Shown one piece after another: positions 18,332 through 28,295 of a stretch of 64,000 nt of DNA. A model generated the notes under the pieces. It was not told the origin of the DNA, did not search any database, and worked only from the letters and a program-made list of their open reading frames with translations. The DNA is from Myxococcota bacterium (GTDB lineage: Bacteria; Myxococcota; XYA12-FULL-58-9; JABJBS01). The stretch is taken from positions 85,479-149,478 of the forward strand of contig JAYZAY010000085.1 of NCBI GenBank assembly GCA_036339465.1, read 5' to 3'. A program made the translations under genes and the position numbers. The first letter of the stretch is position 1, and each line of letters starts with the position of its first letter.

Positions 18332-20587
18332 ATGAGTGAGCAGTCAATTGATGATCGATATAGATCCTTAAATGAGTCGGTAAAGAGCAGTTTTAAGAGC
18401 GACAAAACAGTTATGTCGTTCAAAGAGTTTTACCGACTTATGAGCGAAACCCCAGAGTGTTATCTCCGTTCGTCAGCGCAATATGCTGTCGACATGATGG
18501 ACTATTTTGGAACTCGAGAGGTTTTTCGGCCCACCGGGAAAGTATCAAGGTTCAAGGTCTTTGACATGGAGTTCGTGAGGGGAGAGGGGAGAGTTGCAGG
18601 GCAAGAAGAGGTTCAGTGGGATGTTTACCGGTGTTTAGCCAATTTTGCTCGAGAGGGCCGAGTGAATAAACTGATTCTTCTCCATGGCCCGAATGGCAGT
18701 GCGAAAAGTTCTTTTGTTCGTGCTTTAATGATGGGGCTCGATGCTTACTCCCGGAAACCAGAAGGTGTGCTCTATTCGTTTAATTGGATCTTTCCTTCTG
18801 CCAAAGCGACTAAGGATTCCATTGGTTTCGGAGGGGCTGGAATAGCGCGAGGGGACGAAGAAAGTTATGCTTATTTACCTCCGGACCTGATTGATGCTCG
18901 CTTACCCTGCGAAATGCGGGACCATCCAATATTTCTACTTCCTTTTGTAGAGCGAATGGAGCTTTTAGATCGACTTGCCCCGGAGGGTCAGCTGGAGGTG
19001 CCGGGTGCGTCGAGGACTCGAACCTTGGCAGACTACTTTAGGAATGCAGATCTCTCTTATAAATCAAAGAAAATTTTTGATGCGCTTTTAACGAGCTACG
19101 ATGGTGATTTGGATCGGGTTCTCAATCATATTCAAGTAGAGCGCTATTATTTATCCCGACGCTATCGCTCAGGCATCGCAACCGTTGAACCTCAAATGGC
19201 TGTGGATGCTCGTATCCATCAAATCACCTCAGACCGTTCTTTGGCTTCCCTTCCGAAGACGATTCAGCACTTGTCGCTTTTTGAGCCAACAGGGCCAATT
19301 GTGGATGCCAACCGTGGGCTTTTGGAGTACAGCGATTTTCTTAAACGTCCAGTTGAAAGCTTCAAGTATTTATTGTCGACCGTTGAAACATCAGCGGTAA
19401 CGCTGGATTCATTCATCTTGAATATCGATTTAATCTACATAGCTTCCACCAATGAAACTTATTTGGAGGCCTTTAAGAACCATCCCGATTTTTCTTCTTT
19501 TAAGGGGCGTATGGAATTGGTGAAGGTTCCGTATTTGCGGCATTACTCATCGGAGTTGGATATTTATCGTGCCACGATAAATGAGAAGGTGATCGGTAAG
19601 CACATCGCTCCCCATGCGGTGGAAGTTGCGGCGCTTTGGGCAATATTAACTCGGTTGAGAAAGAACAATGAAGAGGGTTTTTCGGAAGGGGTTCAAGAGG
19701 TCATCAAGTCCCTAACGCCATTGGAAAAATTGTATTTATATGACCTTGGTGAGGTGCCTGAACGGTTAACAACTCGGCAAGCGAAGGAGCTGACGCATTG
19801 CATTGGGGAGGTTTACAAGCAGGTTGGGGGCTGGTCGCTTTATGAAGGTTCGGTTGGGGCGAGTGCCCGAGAGATCAGAACGGTTCTTTTGAATGCAGCG
19901 AATTCCGAATTCTATGGTTACCTCAGCCCACTGGCGGTTTTCCGGGAGATTGAAAAATTGCTGGTAAATACAAGTGTTTATGAGTTTCTGAAGCAGGAGG
20001 TTCGAGATGGCTACCACGATCACAAGGGGTCCTTAAGGATTGTCATGGACCTGTATTTAAGGTGGGTTGACGATGAGATCTGTGATTCCATGGGGCTGGC
20101 TCCCGAGGAGAGCTATGATGCACTCTTTTCGAACTATGTTTTGCATGTTTCCCATTGGGTCAAGAACGAAAAGATGCTCGATCCGAGCTCTGGGCAATAT
20201 GTGAATGCCAATGAACGCTTTATGAAGAAAATCGAAGGAAGTTTATTGACTAAGAGCGAATCAGAGAAAGACTTTCGCGGTAATATCATTGCAACCATTG
20301 GGGCACGTGCTCTGGATACCCCAGATAAGAAGCCGGATTATTCGATTATTTTTAAGCGCTATATTCGTAAATTACGAGACTCTTTTTATGAATCCAAACG
20401 CCAAGAGCTCAAAACGTTGAATCAGAATTTTTTGAAGTATGCTTCTGGGGAGAGGGATGTCTTGGAAGAAAAGGAGATCAAGGCAGTGGAGGCCATGCTG
20501 GATAGATTAAAGTCACGTCATGGTTATACCCTTGAGAGTGCTCGAGATTCGGTCGCCTATTTATTACGCAGCAAGTATGAGGCTTAA
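18332..20587 (+). CDS. prkA: PrkA/YeaG-family AAA+ serine kinase/ATPase
   Basis: LLHGPNGSAKS, CEMRDHP, ANRGLLEYSDFLK, VKVPY, GASARE. Confidence 0.9.
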   Translation: MSEQSIDDRYRSLNESVKSSFKSDKTVMSFKEFYRLMSETPECYLRSSAQYAVDMMDYFGTREVFRPTGKVSRFKVFDMEFVRGEGRVAGQEEVQWDVYRCLANFAREGRVNKLILLHGPNGSAKSSFVRALMMGLDAYSRKPEGVLYSFNWIFPSAKATKDSIGFGGAGIARGDEESYAYLPPDLIDARLPCEMRDHPIFLLPFVERMELLDRLAPEGQLEVPGASRTRTLADYFRNADLSYKSKKIFDALLTSYDGDLDRVLNHIQVERYYLSRRYRSGIATVEPQMAVDARIHQITSDRSLASLPKTIQHLSLFEPTGPIVDANRGLLEYSDFLKRPVESFKYLLSTVETSAVTLDSFILNIDLIYIASTNETYLEAFKNHPDFSSFKGRMELVKVPYLRHYSSELDIYRATINEKVIGKHIAPHAVEVAALWAILTRLRKNNEEGFSEGVQEVIKSLTPLEKLYLYDLGEVPERLTTRQAKELTHCIGEVYKQVGGWSLYEGSVGASAREIRTVLLNAANSEFYGYLSPLAVFREIEKLLVNTSVYEFLKQEVRDGYHDHKGSLRIVMDLYLRWVDDEICDSMGLAPEESYDALFSNYVLHVSHWVKNEKMLDPSSGQYVNANERFMKKIEGSLLTKSESEKDFRGNIIATIGARALDTPDKKPDYSIIFKRYIRKLRDSFYESKRQELKTLNQNFLKYASGERDVLEEKEIKAVEAMLDRLKSRHGYTLESARDSVAYLLRSKYEA

Positions 20588-20626
20588 TATGAGGATTAGA
20601 GTTCCATGTTTCCGGCCCTAGTCCCT

Positions 20627-20635
20627 TGCTACAAT
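20627..20635 (+). promoter_or_regulatory. extended -10 promoter TGcTACAAT
   Basis: TG-n-TACAAT about 130 nt upstream of ATG 20768. Confidence 0.45.
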
Positions 20636-20767
20636 GGCCTTCTGTCATCTAAAGGGCATTTCACTGAGCACCGTGAGGGGAAATGAGCCCTGTTTCGCCA
20701 TGGCAAGATGGCGGTGTTTGGTTTTGAAGTATATCTGGGTGAACTCAATTGGCCAGGGAGAAATTAA

Positions 20768-21262
20768 ATGACAGACTATACGGAAATTGTCCGCGAGTTA
20801 GCTGAGGAAAAATTTACAGAGATTTTTCAAGCCTCCGGACGTAAAGCAAAAGAGACATATTTCGCTAGGCATCAGATTAAGGCAAAGAGTTCGCGTCGCC
20901 ACCGTCGACCCGGTGACAAAACCCGCGAGCGGATCGTAAGGCTTTTTAATCTCTTAAAGGAACATCAAGATGATGAGATGGTAGAAGAAATCCTGAGGGT
21001 ATGGCTTTTATCCAAGCGGCCGATGTTGGCGGCTGCCCTCGACCATTTGGGCATTGAGCATGATGACGGGTTAACTGAATCCGATGATCTTAGTAAGATT
21101 ACGGGATTGGGTGAAGACGATTTAACGATTTTGGTCGGTAAACTCAAAGAGGTCGCTTCTGTGGCAGATATCGAAGTTTATCTGAAATATCTGGGCGTAT
21201 CGGATTCAGCCAAGGCTCTGGAAGGTGAACTTGCCCATAGCGACCACGACTTAACGATTTAG
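20768..21262 (+). CDS. hypothetical protein, 164 aa
   Basis: GGGAG RBS, protein-like composition (WLL..RPML..ALDHLGIEHDDG); no family assigned. Confidence 0.8.
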   Translation: MTDYTEIVRELAEEKFTEIFQASGRKAKETYFARHQIKAKSSRRHRRPGDKTRERIVRLFNLLKEHQDDEMVEEILRVWLLSKRPMLAAALDHLGIEHDDGLTESDDLSKITGLGEDDLTILVGKLKEVASVADIEVYLKYLGVSDSAKALEGELAHSDHDLTI

Positions 21263-22200
21263 TCGTCTGCTTCGATTGCTTCTAGATAACCGCGCTTAAG
21301 GAGAACGTTGAGATTTTCTTCGAATTCGTCGGGGCTGGTTTTGGCATGTTTCATGGCCCGTTCTGGGCTCTCGTAGTTCAGAATGAGTTGTAGTGTATCC
21401 AATTGGCTTGGGCTGAGGGCTGAGAGTTTAGGAACGAGGGGTAGTGACCAAGTTAGGAGGGTTTCGATTTCCTCGGTTGCTTCCTGTGGGAGGGACGCAG
21501 GGAGTAGGTCTAAATGCTCTCGGGCTAGGTCCACCATTCGAGTAATCGTGAGTGCGTGATCTTGATGGATATCCTCTGGTGTTGGTTCCTTGGTGAAACG
21601 ATAGTTTCCTCTTTGCAAGCGCAATAGTGCAGATGCAGCATCTTCACCTTTTATCGTGTCGTTAGAGATTGTTGCTTCGAGTATTTGTCCCGTGGCAACA
21701 AAGATATTACCGCTTAGCTCTTCTGCCTCAATGCGTAAGGTTCCGACTTTCTGACTCGTTAATAGGAGCTGAAGCGTGTCGAGAAGAGGGATTTCCTCGA
21801 TCGCATACGGTTGGAAGATTGTATCTCGGTTGGTCTGGGAAACCAGCTCCATTTGAGCTTTGCGTGTATCGATATCAAAGAGGTCTTGATCAATTTCCGA
21901 CTCTTCAAGAGGAACGATTTTGATAATAGAAGTTCCGATCAAGACGCGGTCGTATTGATTTAGCTCTGTTCGACGTACCTCTTCACCGTTGACGTAGATT
22001 CCATTGGTCGAACCCAAGTCGGTGATTGAAAGGCCTGTTGCACTGATTTGGATTTTAGCATGTTTGCGAGATACCATGTCTTCGGCAAAAACCAAATCGA
22101 GTTCCTCGGATCTTCCTATGAGCAATTCACCCTCGGAAGGCAGGGGTAGGATCAGCCCTTTGTAAAGCCCTGAGATAAATTGAAATCCGAGTGCCTGCAT
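21259..22200 (-). CDS. FHA domain + DUF4388-like domain protein
   Basis: IGRS...VSRKHA...DLGSTNGIYVNG (FHA); LLDTLQLL...GTLRI...GQILEA. Confidence 0.88.
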   Translation of the reverse strand: MQALGFQFISGLYKGLILPLPSEGELLIGRSEELDLVFAEDMVSRKHAKIQISATGLSITDLGSTNGIYVNGEEVRRTELNQYDRVLIGTSIIKIVPLEESEIDQDLFDIDTRKAQMELVSQTNRDTIFQPYAIEEIPLLDTLQLLLTSQKVGTLRIEAEELSGNIFVATGQILEATISNDTIKGEDAASALLRLQRGNYRFTKEPTPEDIHQDHALTITRMVDLAREHLDLLPASLPQEATEEIETLLTWSLPLVPKLSALSPSQLDTLQLILNYESPERAMKHAKTSPDEFEENLNVLLKRGYLEAIEADD

Positions 22201-22222
22201 ATTTTGAGTTCCTCAGGGCCGC

Positions 22223-23071
22223 TTATTGTTCTTTTGATTTGGGATTTCCCGGCTGTTTCTGCTGGGTTTCTATGGCTTTTAGGGATTCCAGGCGTTTCTC
22301 TAAAGCGTTTCGACTTGGGTACTTGGGGTATTTTTTCGAAAGAATGGCCAACTGTTTTTCCGCTTTGAGAAGTTCACCCATGGTCAGATAGGATTCGGTA
22401 CTAATGGCCAATGCTTGGTCCTCCACCGAAGACGCTGGAAACTCTTCAAGTAAGTACAGGGATCTGGCCAACGCAGCCTTAAACTTTCCTTTTTTGAAAT
22501 AGAAATTTGCCACATAAAATTCATGATCTGCAAGGCGACTGCTACATTCTATGATTCGTTGCGCGGCTTTTCTGCTGAATTCTGAATTTGGATATCTAGC
22601 TGTGAGCCGCCTATAGGCTCTCAGGGCAGCGTTCACCCGCTTTTGGTCTTTTTCTGCGGCAGGCGGAAGCAAGACAAAATCACTGGGACGTCTTTCATAA
22701 TCGGCTTCGGCGATTTTGTACAGTGCTTCAGGTATGGCTTCATGTTTCGGGCTGTATCGAATAAAACGATTGAAGCTACTGATGGCTTCTTGGTATTTCC
22801 GCTGTGCCAAGAGAGTATCTCCGATCCTGAGGTCGGCCAATCGAGCAAATGCTGAATAGGGAAAATTATTCTTTAGTTTGCTGAAGCCTTGAACCGCTTC
22901 TGGGTACAATCCATCGTCAATATTTACCATCGATGCTTCGTATAAATATTCGGGACTACCCGGCTTTAAGCCTTCGAGGCGGCTGGAAGTGGCACAGTTT
23001 ACAAAGAAGATTGACACCAAGAAGGCAGCCAACGTCATACTCAAGATTTGTTTGGATGGTCTCAAAATCAT
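22223..23071 (-). CDS. bamD: outer-membrane assembly lipoprotein BamD
   Basis: Lipoprotein-type Cys (FVNC), TPRs, FPYS, LADHEFYVANFYFK. Confidence 0.9.
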   Translation of the reverse strand: MILRPSKQILSMTLAAFLVSIFFVNCATSSRLEGLKPGSPEYLYEASMVNIDDGLYPEAVQGFSKLKNNFPYSAFARLADLRIGDTLLAQRKYQEAISSFNRFIRYSPKHEAIPEALYKIAEADYERRPSDFVLLPPAAEKDQKRVNAALRAYRRLTARYPNSEFSRKAAQRIIECSSRLADHEFYVANFYFKKGKFKAALARSLYLLEEFPASSVEDQALAISTESYLTMGELLKAEKQLAILSKKYPKYPSRNALEKRLESLKAIETQQKQPGNPKSKEQ

Positions 23072-23135
23072 GTGGACTCATTACTTGCCCCTATGCCTCT
23101 GCGCAAGGGCCTCTAACAATCTTCCAAGAGCTCGG

Positions 23136-23759
23136 CTATTTTTTCGCAATGATGAAGTGAGTGAAAAGCGCGTCTATGAGTTGGCTCCGGGCTTTCTCCC
23201 CGATAAAGACTGAATCCCCTTGATCGACGATCCAATTTCGTACCGTTTCATCGACTCCGGCTCTAAGGCGCTCAATGGCTTCGATATCTGCTTCGGAGCC
23301 CGTGAGGATTTCTTTCCATTTAGGGGGATTGGTGGGGTGGATACCATTTTCTTCGATCCACTCACTTACCCTTTGTCGCATTTTCTTGTCTCTAAATTCA
23401 AACCAACGGCGCCGCTCATCGGGCAAGGTTAAGAGGATGTCTTTGAATCGTCGAAATGCGCCTTTGCCGTTAATGGCGGCCATCATGCGTGATTGAATAG
23501 GTTCATGTTCGATGGACTTTACAAATTCTGTTACCCACTGGTATTGGATTCTTGAAGGCACTACTTCAATGGAGCGAAATTTACCGGGGGCGTTTTTAAT
23601 GGTATCGAAACCCTCATCTCCATTGTCGAGTTTTACGACGATCCCATCATCGAGGTTAAGAAAGCATTTACACTCCGCTGCATTGGCTTGGAAGGCGGTG
23701 TAAAGACCTTGCCAATCAATATTAAGTTCTGTCACGATGTCCATCCTATATTTGTTCAA
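23136..23759 (-). CDS. UPF0158 family protein
   Basis: AINGKGAFRRFKDIL...RRWFEFR..WIEENGI. Confidence 0.85.
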   Translation of the reverse strand: MNKYRMDIVTELNIDWQGLYTAFQANAAECKCFLNLDDGIVVKLDNGDEGFDTIKNAPGKFRSIEVVPSRIQYQWVTEFVKSIEHEPIQSRMMAAINGKGAFRRFKDILLTLPDERRRWFEFRDKKMRQRVSEWIEENGIHPTNPPKWKEILTGSEADIEAIERLRAGVDETVRNWIVDQGDSVFIGEKARSQLIDALFTHFIIAKK

Positions 23760-23933
23760 TCGTCATTCGCCATAGAGACGGGCACTTCTATTGATCCTAA
23801 GCCCCCACCCCCATGGTTTCATATTTCCGGGAGCAAGGACAAACCCCACAGTCATTTTATTGAATAAAAAGATGAATAATGTAGGTTGTTTAGGTACACG
23901 AAAAGTCAGCGAGCTCTGGAACGCGCGTTTTTC

Positions 23934-24737
23934 TCAGGGATTTTGTGGCTCTGTCTCTTTTTCTGGTTCTCGCGCTTCCAATACTTGAGATTCTTCAGGA
24001 GCGAATTCAACGATGTTTTCTTCTAGATCTGTGAGTGTGGGGTCGGGAGGAGGTATTTCCTGCAGAGGTAGAGTGCCCACAAGATCTGAAATCGCTTTCG
24101 TGAGGCCAGGTTCAAGGTAGTTTGTTACCTGTTCGAGGAGAGCTTTACTCTGCATCTGGTAGGCCGTACCTTTGTCAATGGCACTTTTAAGTAGGGTTTC
24201 AGCATTCTTGAGTTGTGCCTTCATGTTTTCTAGAATGTGCTTGCCCTGCAGATAGCTAAGGTCTGCTCCCAAAGTACCCAATTCGCGAAATTGAACTTCA
24301 CTAATGCCAGGTAATCGTTTGAGGCGGCTTAGATAGTTTTGGGCATCTTCCTGCTCTCCTGTGTCGGTCGAATGACGAACCGTTTGTCTGATCCACTCTG
24401 AAACGATCGCGAACAAGGCTCGATCGAGTTCGGACCGATCGTCGAAGAGTTCGTTGGTATTATACACGAAGGTTTTTGGGGCTTTGAGGGGATCATAGAC
24501 GCCAGCCAAAGAGGCAGCCTTGGGTAGGTAGTTCTGAAAACCATAGGGCAAAAAGAGCCCCTTTTGGATGATGAACTCTTGATTGACCAATTCCAGCCTA
24601 AATTGTCTACGGTTAATATCACTTCTCAAATAGAGAACGAGTCCAACGAGAATGGCGATAACCAATGAGATAAGGAGCGTGGACCAGGACCGTGTTTTGG
24701 TCTTTGCTGGCGGCAATCCTTTCTCATTTATCTCCAT
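23934..24737 (-). CDS. single-TM hypothetical protein with a helical periplasmic domain
   Basis: Start MEINEK overlaps the hpt end; TM LLISLVIAILVGLVLYL. Confidence 0.75.
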   Translation of the reverse strand: MEINEKGLPPAKTKTRSWSTLLISLVIAILVGLVLYLRSDINRRQFRLELVNQEFIIQKGLFLPYGFQNYLPKAASLAGVYDPLKAPKTFVYNTNELFDDRSELDRALFAIVSEWIRQTVRHSTDTGEQEDAQNYLSRLKRLPGISEVQFRELGTLGADLSYLQGKHILENMKAQLKNAETLLKSAIDKGTAYQMQSKALLEQVTNYLEPGLTKAISDLVGTLPLQEIPPPDPTLTDLEENIVEFAPEESQVLEAREPEKETEPQNP

Positions 24738-25278
24738 GATAAACCCCAATAAATGGTAGGTTTCGATATTTTCCCGCATAGTCCAAGCCGTAGCCAACGA
24801 CGAACTTGTCGGGGATAGAGTAACCAACGTAATCCACATGGACGGTCTTGGTCCGGCGCGCTTTTTTGTCTAAGAGAGTACAGACTCTTAGGGACTTTGG
24901 CCTTCGAGTTTCAAAGTTGTCGAGAAGATAGCGCATGGTGAGTCCTGTATCCACGATGTCTTCGACCACAATAACATCTTTTCCTTCAATACTTCGAGTT
25001 AAGTCGGAGGTGATTTGTACTACCCCGCTACTTTTAGTGTCCGAACCATAGCTGGAGATGCCCATGAACTCACATTCGAGGGGGAGATCGATGCTTCGGA
25101 TTAAATCTCCGTAGAAAAGAAAACATCCCTTGAGAATCCCAATCATGATGAGTTCTGTATCGGGTGAATAGGATTGTGTTATTTCGCTGCCGAGGGCGGC
25201 GATTCGTGTTTGCAGCTCTTCTTTTGAGTACAAAACGTTGACGTTGTTTCGCCATCCTGGGTTTGTTTGTTCATTCAT
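24724..25278 (-). CDS. hpt: hypoxanthine phosphoribosyltransferase
   Basis: ILKG, VIVVEDIVDTGLT, FVVGYGLDY..KYRNLP. Confidence 0.97.
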   Translation of the reverse strand: MNEQTNPGWRNNVNVLYSKEELQTRIAALGSEITQSYSPDTELIMIGILKGCFLFYGDLIRSIDLPLECEFMGISSYGSDTKSSGVVQITSDLTRSIEGKDVIVVEDIVDTGLTMRYLLDNFETRRPKSLRVCTLLDKKARRTKTVHVDYVGYSIPDKFVVGYGLDYAGKYRNLPFIGVYHGDK

Positions 25279-25293
25279 TTTAGGCTCCTCAAG

Positions 25294-26139
25294 CTAGTCA
25301 TCACAATTGCTCAGGACTTCACCAAATCCCCCGACACCGGGGACGATGTAATCATTGGCATTGAGTCCAATTTCATTTGCCCACTTCGTTCCTAGGGGAG
25401 TTTCCAACACCTCCTCAGAGCTAAGTCCGCGGTCTAAACGAACGGCGAAGATGTGAATGTTTGCCTCGCATTCATTCTGCATCCGCCGCAAATACTCGGG
25501 GGTTACCACCAAGTGCAGTAAGCAATAGAGTTTTGGCCCCGGACTGGCAAGTGATTCGTAATATTGAACGGTTTCAAGCATACTACTTCCGGTGGCGGCC
25601 ATGGGATCAGGGATAAAGACGACAGCTCCATGGGCTTCTTTGCCTGTTTTAGCGCCGGTGAAATCCACGCCTTGCACTCGGCCATCTGTGCCAACTTTGC
25701 GGTTCATCGTTAGAAAGTCCTGCCTGACTAAGGCCGGTTCTAGAATTGTGGTTAGTTCGTCGTAAACAACCTGAGCCGGAAGGAGGCCGGCTCGAGCCAC
25801 ACCTACCGAGATTGCCCGTGTCTCCGGAGAAATGACCATACCTCTCCAGCCGTAGCCAGGATGGGCCAGCGACATTCGAGTGGGTAACTTAACCTCTGTT
25901 TTGGGAAGAAGCTTTGCCGCCGCTTGCCGAAGCAAGTCACGGTAGAGATTTCTTGTGAGGTGTTGAAGTTCCGGGGCTTTGGTCTTTGGGTGAGATAACT
26001 TTGCGAGTTCTGTCCACATAATGGGATTATGTGACAAGACGACATTTTCTCCGTAGCTATGGGTTAGCCCAAGGGGAGAAAAGTCATTCCTCAAGTAGGC
26101 GGTTTCCTGGCTTTTATTGAATGATAAATCGTTGCTCAT
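25294..26139 (-). CDS. upp: uracil phosphoribosyltransferase-like protein (variant)
   Basis: VARAGL, PDPMAATGSS PRPP loop, YIVPGVGGFG. Confidence 0.8.
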   Translation of the reverse strand: MSNDLSFNKSQETAYLRNDFSPLGLTHSYGENVVLSHNPIMWTELAKLSHPKTKAPELQHLTRNLYRDLLRQAAAKLLPKTEVKLPTRMSLAHPGYGWRGMVISPETRAISVGVARAGLLPAQVVYDELTTILEPALVRQDFLTMNRKVGTDGRVQGVDFTGAKTGKEAHGAVVFIPDPMAATGSSMLETVQYYESLASPGPKLYCLLHLVVTPEYLRRMQNECEANIHIFAVRLDRGLSSEEVLETPLGTKWANEIGLNANDYIVPGVGGFGEVLSNCDD

Positions 26140-26281
26140 AAAAATTTTCCCTCTTTATGCTCCATCTTCGGGAAAGTCAAAATAGCCACTTAGACTTGAC
26201 CCGGCCGCCTACCTTCTCTAGGAGCTTGTTGGCGTTTTTTTTTGATTGCTATCCCTGAGTTGGGAGATAAGTGAGGAATTC

Positions 26282-27304
26282 ATGAGTTCATATGATCCAT
26301 TCAATCGACCTGCTTCACAGGGCGGCGGGGGTTATCGTCCCCCGAGCGGCCCCCCTGGTGAAGATCTCTTAAAATTGTGGCATGAGAGGCGTCCTGTGTT
26401 TATCGGGATTGGTTTATTGCTCCTTGCTCTCTATGGTTTTTCTTCGGCTCTCTATACGGTTGAAGAGGGCCATGTTGGGGTTGTTTTACGCTTTGGCGAA
26501 CATCAAGAAAATACCGCCCCAGGACTGCATTATAAAATTCCGTTTGGTGTCGATGAGGTGGAAAGTGTTGCGGTCCAGAAAATGCAAAAAATGGTTTTCG
26601 GCTACCGAGAAGGGCCTAACGGTCTGGTCCGAACCCCTGAGTCTGGCTTGGAAGCAGAAATGCTCACGGGCGACACCAATGTAGCGACTGTCGAGTGGAG
26701 TATTCAATACAAGATCGAAAGCCCAGAGAAGTATCTCTTTAAATTTCGGGATGTTGAGAGCACTCTCAGCTTGCTGGCTGAGGCCACCATGAGGACCATC
26801 GTGGGTGATTATTCCTTCGAAGAATTATTGACGGAAGGACGAACTGAGATTCAGATGGAAGCCAAAGCCTTGTTGGTTAAGCTAAATGCGCTTTATGATA
26901 CAGGGATAACGATTCTGCGTGTGGATCTTGAGGATACCAATGCACCGGAAATGGTGAAACCAGCCCTGCGTGAAGTTGAAGAGGCAAAGCAAGAACGTGA
27001 GAGAATGAAGAAAGAGGCCCTCGCCGATTACAACAAAGAAATTCCTAAAGCCCGTGGCCAGGCGTTGGAGGTGATTGAAAAGGCTCGTGGTTACTCGGTT
27101 GAACGCATCAATATGGCCAAGGGCGATAGTGCCAGATTCAATTCTCTTTACACCGCTTATCGCCGTGCTCCGGAGGTTACGAGAACTCGACTTTATCTAG
27201 AAGCCATGACCGATGTCTTGGCGAAGGCGAAACAGAAAGTGATTGTGGATCCTCAAGCGAAATCTCTACTTCCCCTCATTCACCTGAATCAGAAGGCTAA
27301 ATAA
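26282..27304 (+). CDS. hflK: FtsH modulator HflK
   Basis: SPFH domain, GVVLRFG, MLTGD, APEVTRTRLYLE. Confidence 0.95.
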   Translation: MSSYDPFNRPASQGGGGYRPPSGPPGEDLLKLWHERRPVFIGIGLLLLALYGFSSALYTVEEGHVGVVLRFGEHQENTAPGLHYKIPFGVDEVESVAVQKMQKMVFGYREGPNGLVRTPESGLEAEMLTGDTNVATVEWSIQYKIESPEKYLFKFRDVESTLSLLAEATMRTIVGDYSFEELLTEGRTEIQMEAKALLVKLNALYDTGITILRVDLEDTNAPEMVKPALREVEEAKQERERMKKEALADYNKEIPKARGQALEVIEKARGYSVERINMAKGDSARFNSLYTAYRRAPEVTRTRLYLEAMTDVLAKAKQKVIVDPQAKSLLPLIHLNQKAK

Positions 27305-28248
27305 TGAAGTTACCTATTATTACTGTCCTAGTTGTGGCGTTACTGGCGCTATTGCAGTCTGCAGCCTACATCGTTCCAGAATGGGAACAGGTTCTTATTA
27401 CCCAATTTGGCGAAGCGGTGGGAGAACCCATCAATGAGCCCGGACTAAAGTTTAAGATACCGTTTGTGCAGAGGGTCAATAGGTTTGATAAGCGGTGGCT
27501 CGATTGGGACGGAACCCCTGACGAACTGATCACCAAAGAAAAGACCTTCATTTTTGTAGACACCTATGCCCGGTGGAGGATCATTGATTCTCTCAAGTTC
27601 TTAAAGACGGTAAAAAATGAACCGACGGCTCGTTCGCGAATCAGTGCCATCATCGGGAGTATCACTCGAAACGTCATTGCTTCCTATGACTTGATTGAGG
27701 TTCTTCGCTTAAGTAATCGAGAATTCCGTAAGGTTTCCGGCATTGATTCGATGAAACTTTCTCCTGATGTGGCGGAAAAATTTCCAAAAATCGGAACGGG
27801 GCGGGAAAAAATTACCACCCAAATTTTGGATAAAGCAGCCTCAGCACTTTTAGATTATGGAATTGAAGTTGTGGATATTCAATTTCAGCGGGTGAATTAT
27901 ACGGATTCTGTTAAGCAAGAGGCCTTCGGCCGAATGATTCAGGACCGAAAAAGTATTGCAGCCGCTTATCGTTCTGAAGGGGCAGGAGAGGCAGCGAGGA
28001 TTCGAGGTGATAAAGAGCGAGAGTTAAAGAGTATTACTTCTGGGGCATACGAAACAGCCGAAACCCTTAAAGGGCAAGCGGATGCGAAGGCCACAGATAT
28101 TTATGCTGCCGCGCACAACCGAGATCCTGGTTTTTATCGATTTATTAAGAGTTTGGATAGTTACGGCGAAACCCTAGACCAAGATTCAATGCTTTTGCTT
28201 TCTGCAGACTCTGAATACCTAAAACCTTTGATCCATGCCGGTAAGTGA
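27304..28248 (+). CDS. hflC: FtsH modulator HflC
   Basis: PGLKFKIPF, YRSEG, DPGFYRFIKSLDSY; overlaps the hflK stop. Confidence 0.95.
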   Translation: MKLPIITVLVVALLALLQSAAYIVPEWEQVLITQFGEAVGEPINEPGLKFKIPFVQRVNRFDKRWLDWDGTPDELITKEKTFIFVDTYARWRIIDSLKFLKTVKNEPTARSRISAIIGSITRNVIASYDLIEVLRLSNREFRKVSGIDSMKLSPDVAEKFPKIGTGREKITTQILDKAASALLDYGIEVVDIQFQRVNYTDSVKQEAFGRMIQDRKSIAAAYRSEGAGEAARIRGDKERELKSITSGAYETAETLKGQADAKATDIYAAAHNRDPGFYRFIKSLDSYGETLDQDSMLLLSADSEYLKPLIHAGK

Positions 28249-28295
28249 TCCAGTGTTTTCAATCTGAAATGTGGAGAGATGCTGTCGGGGGATAG

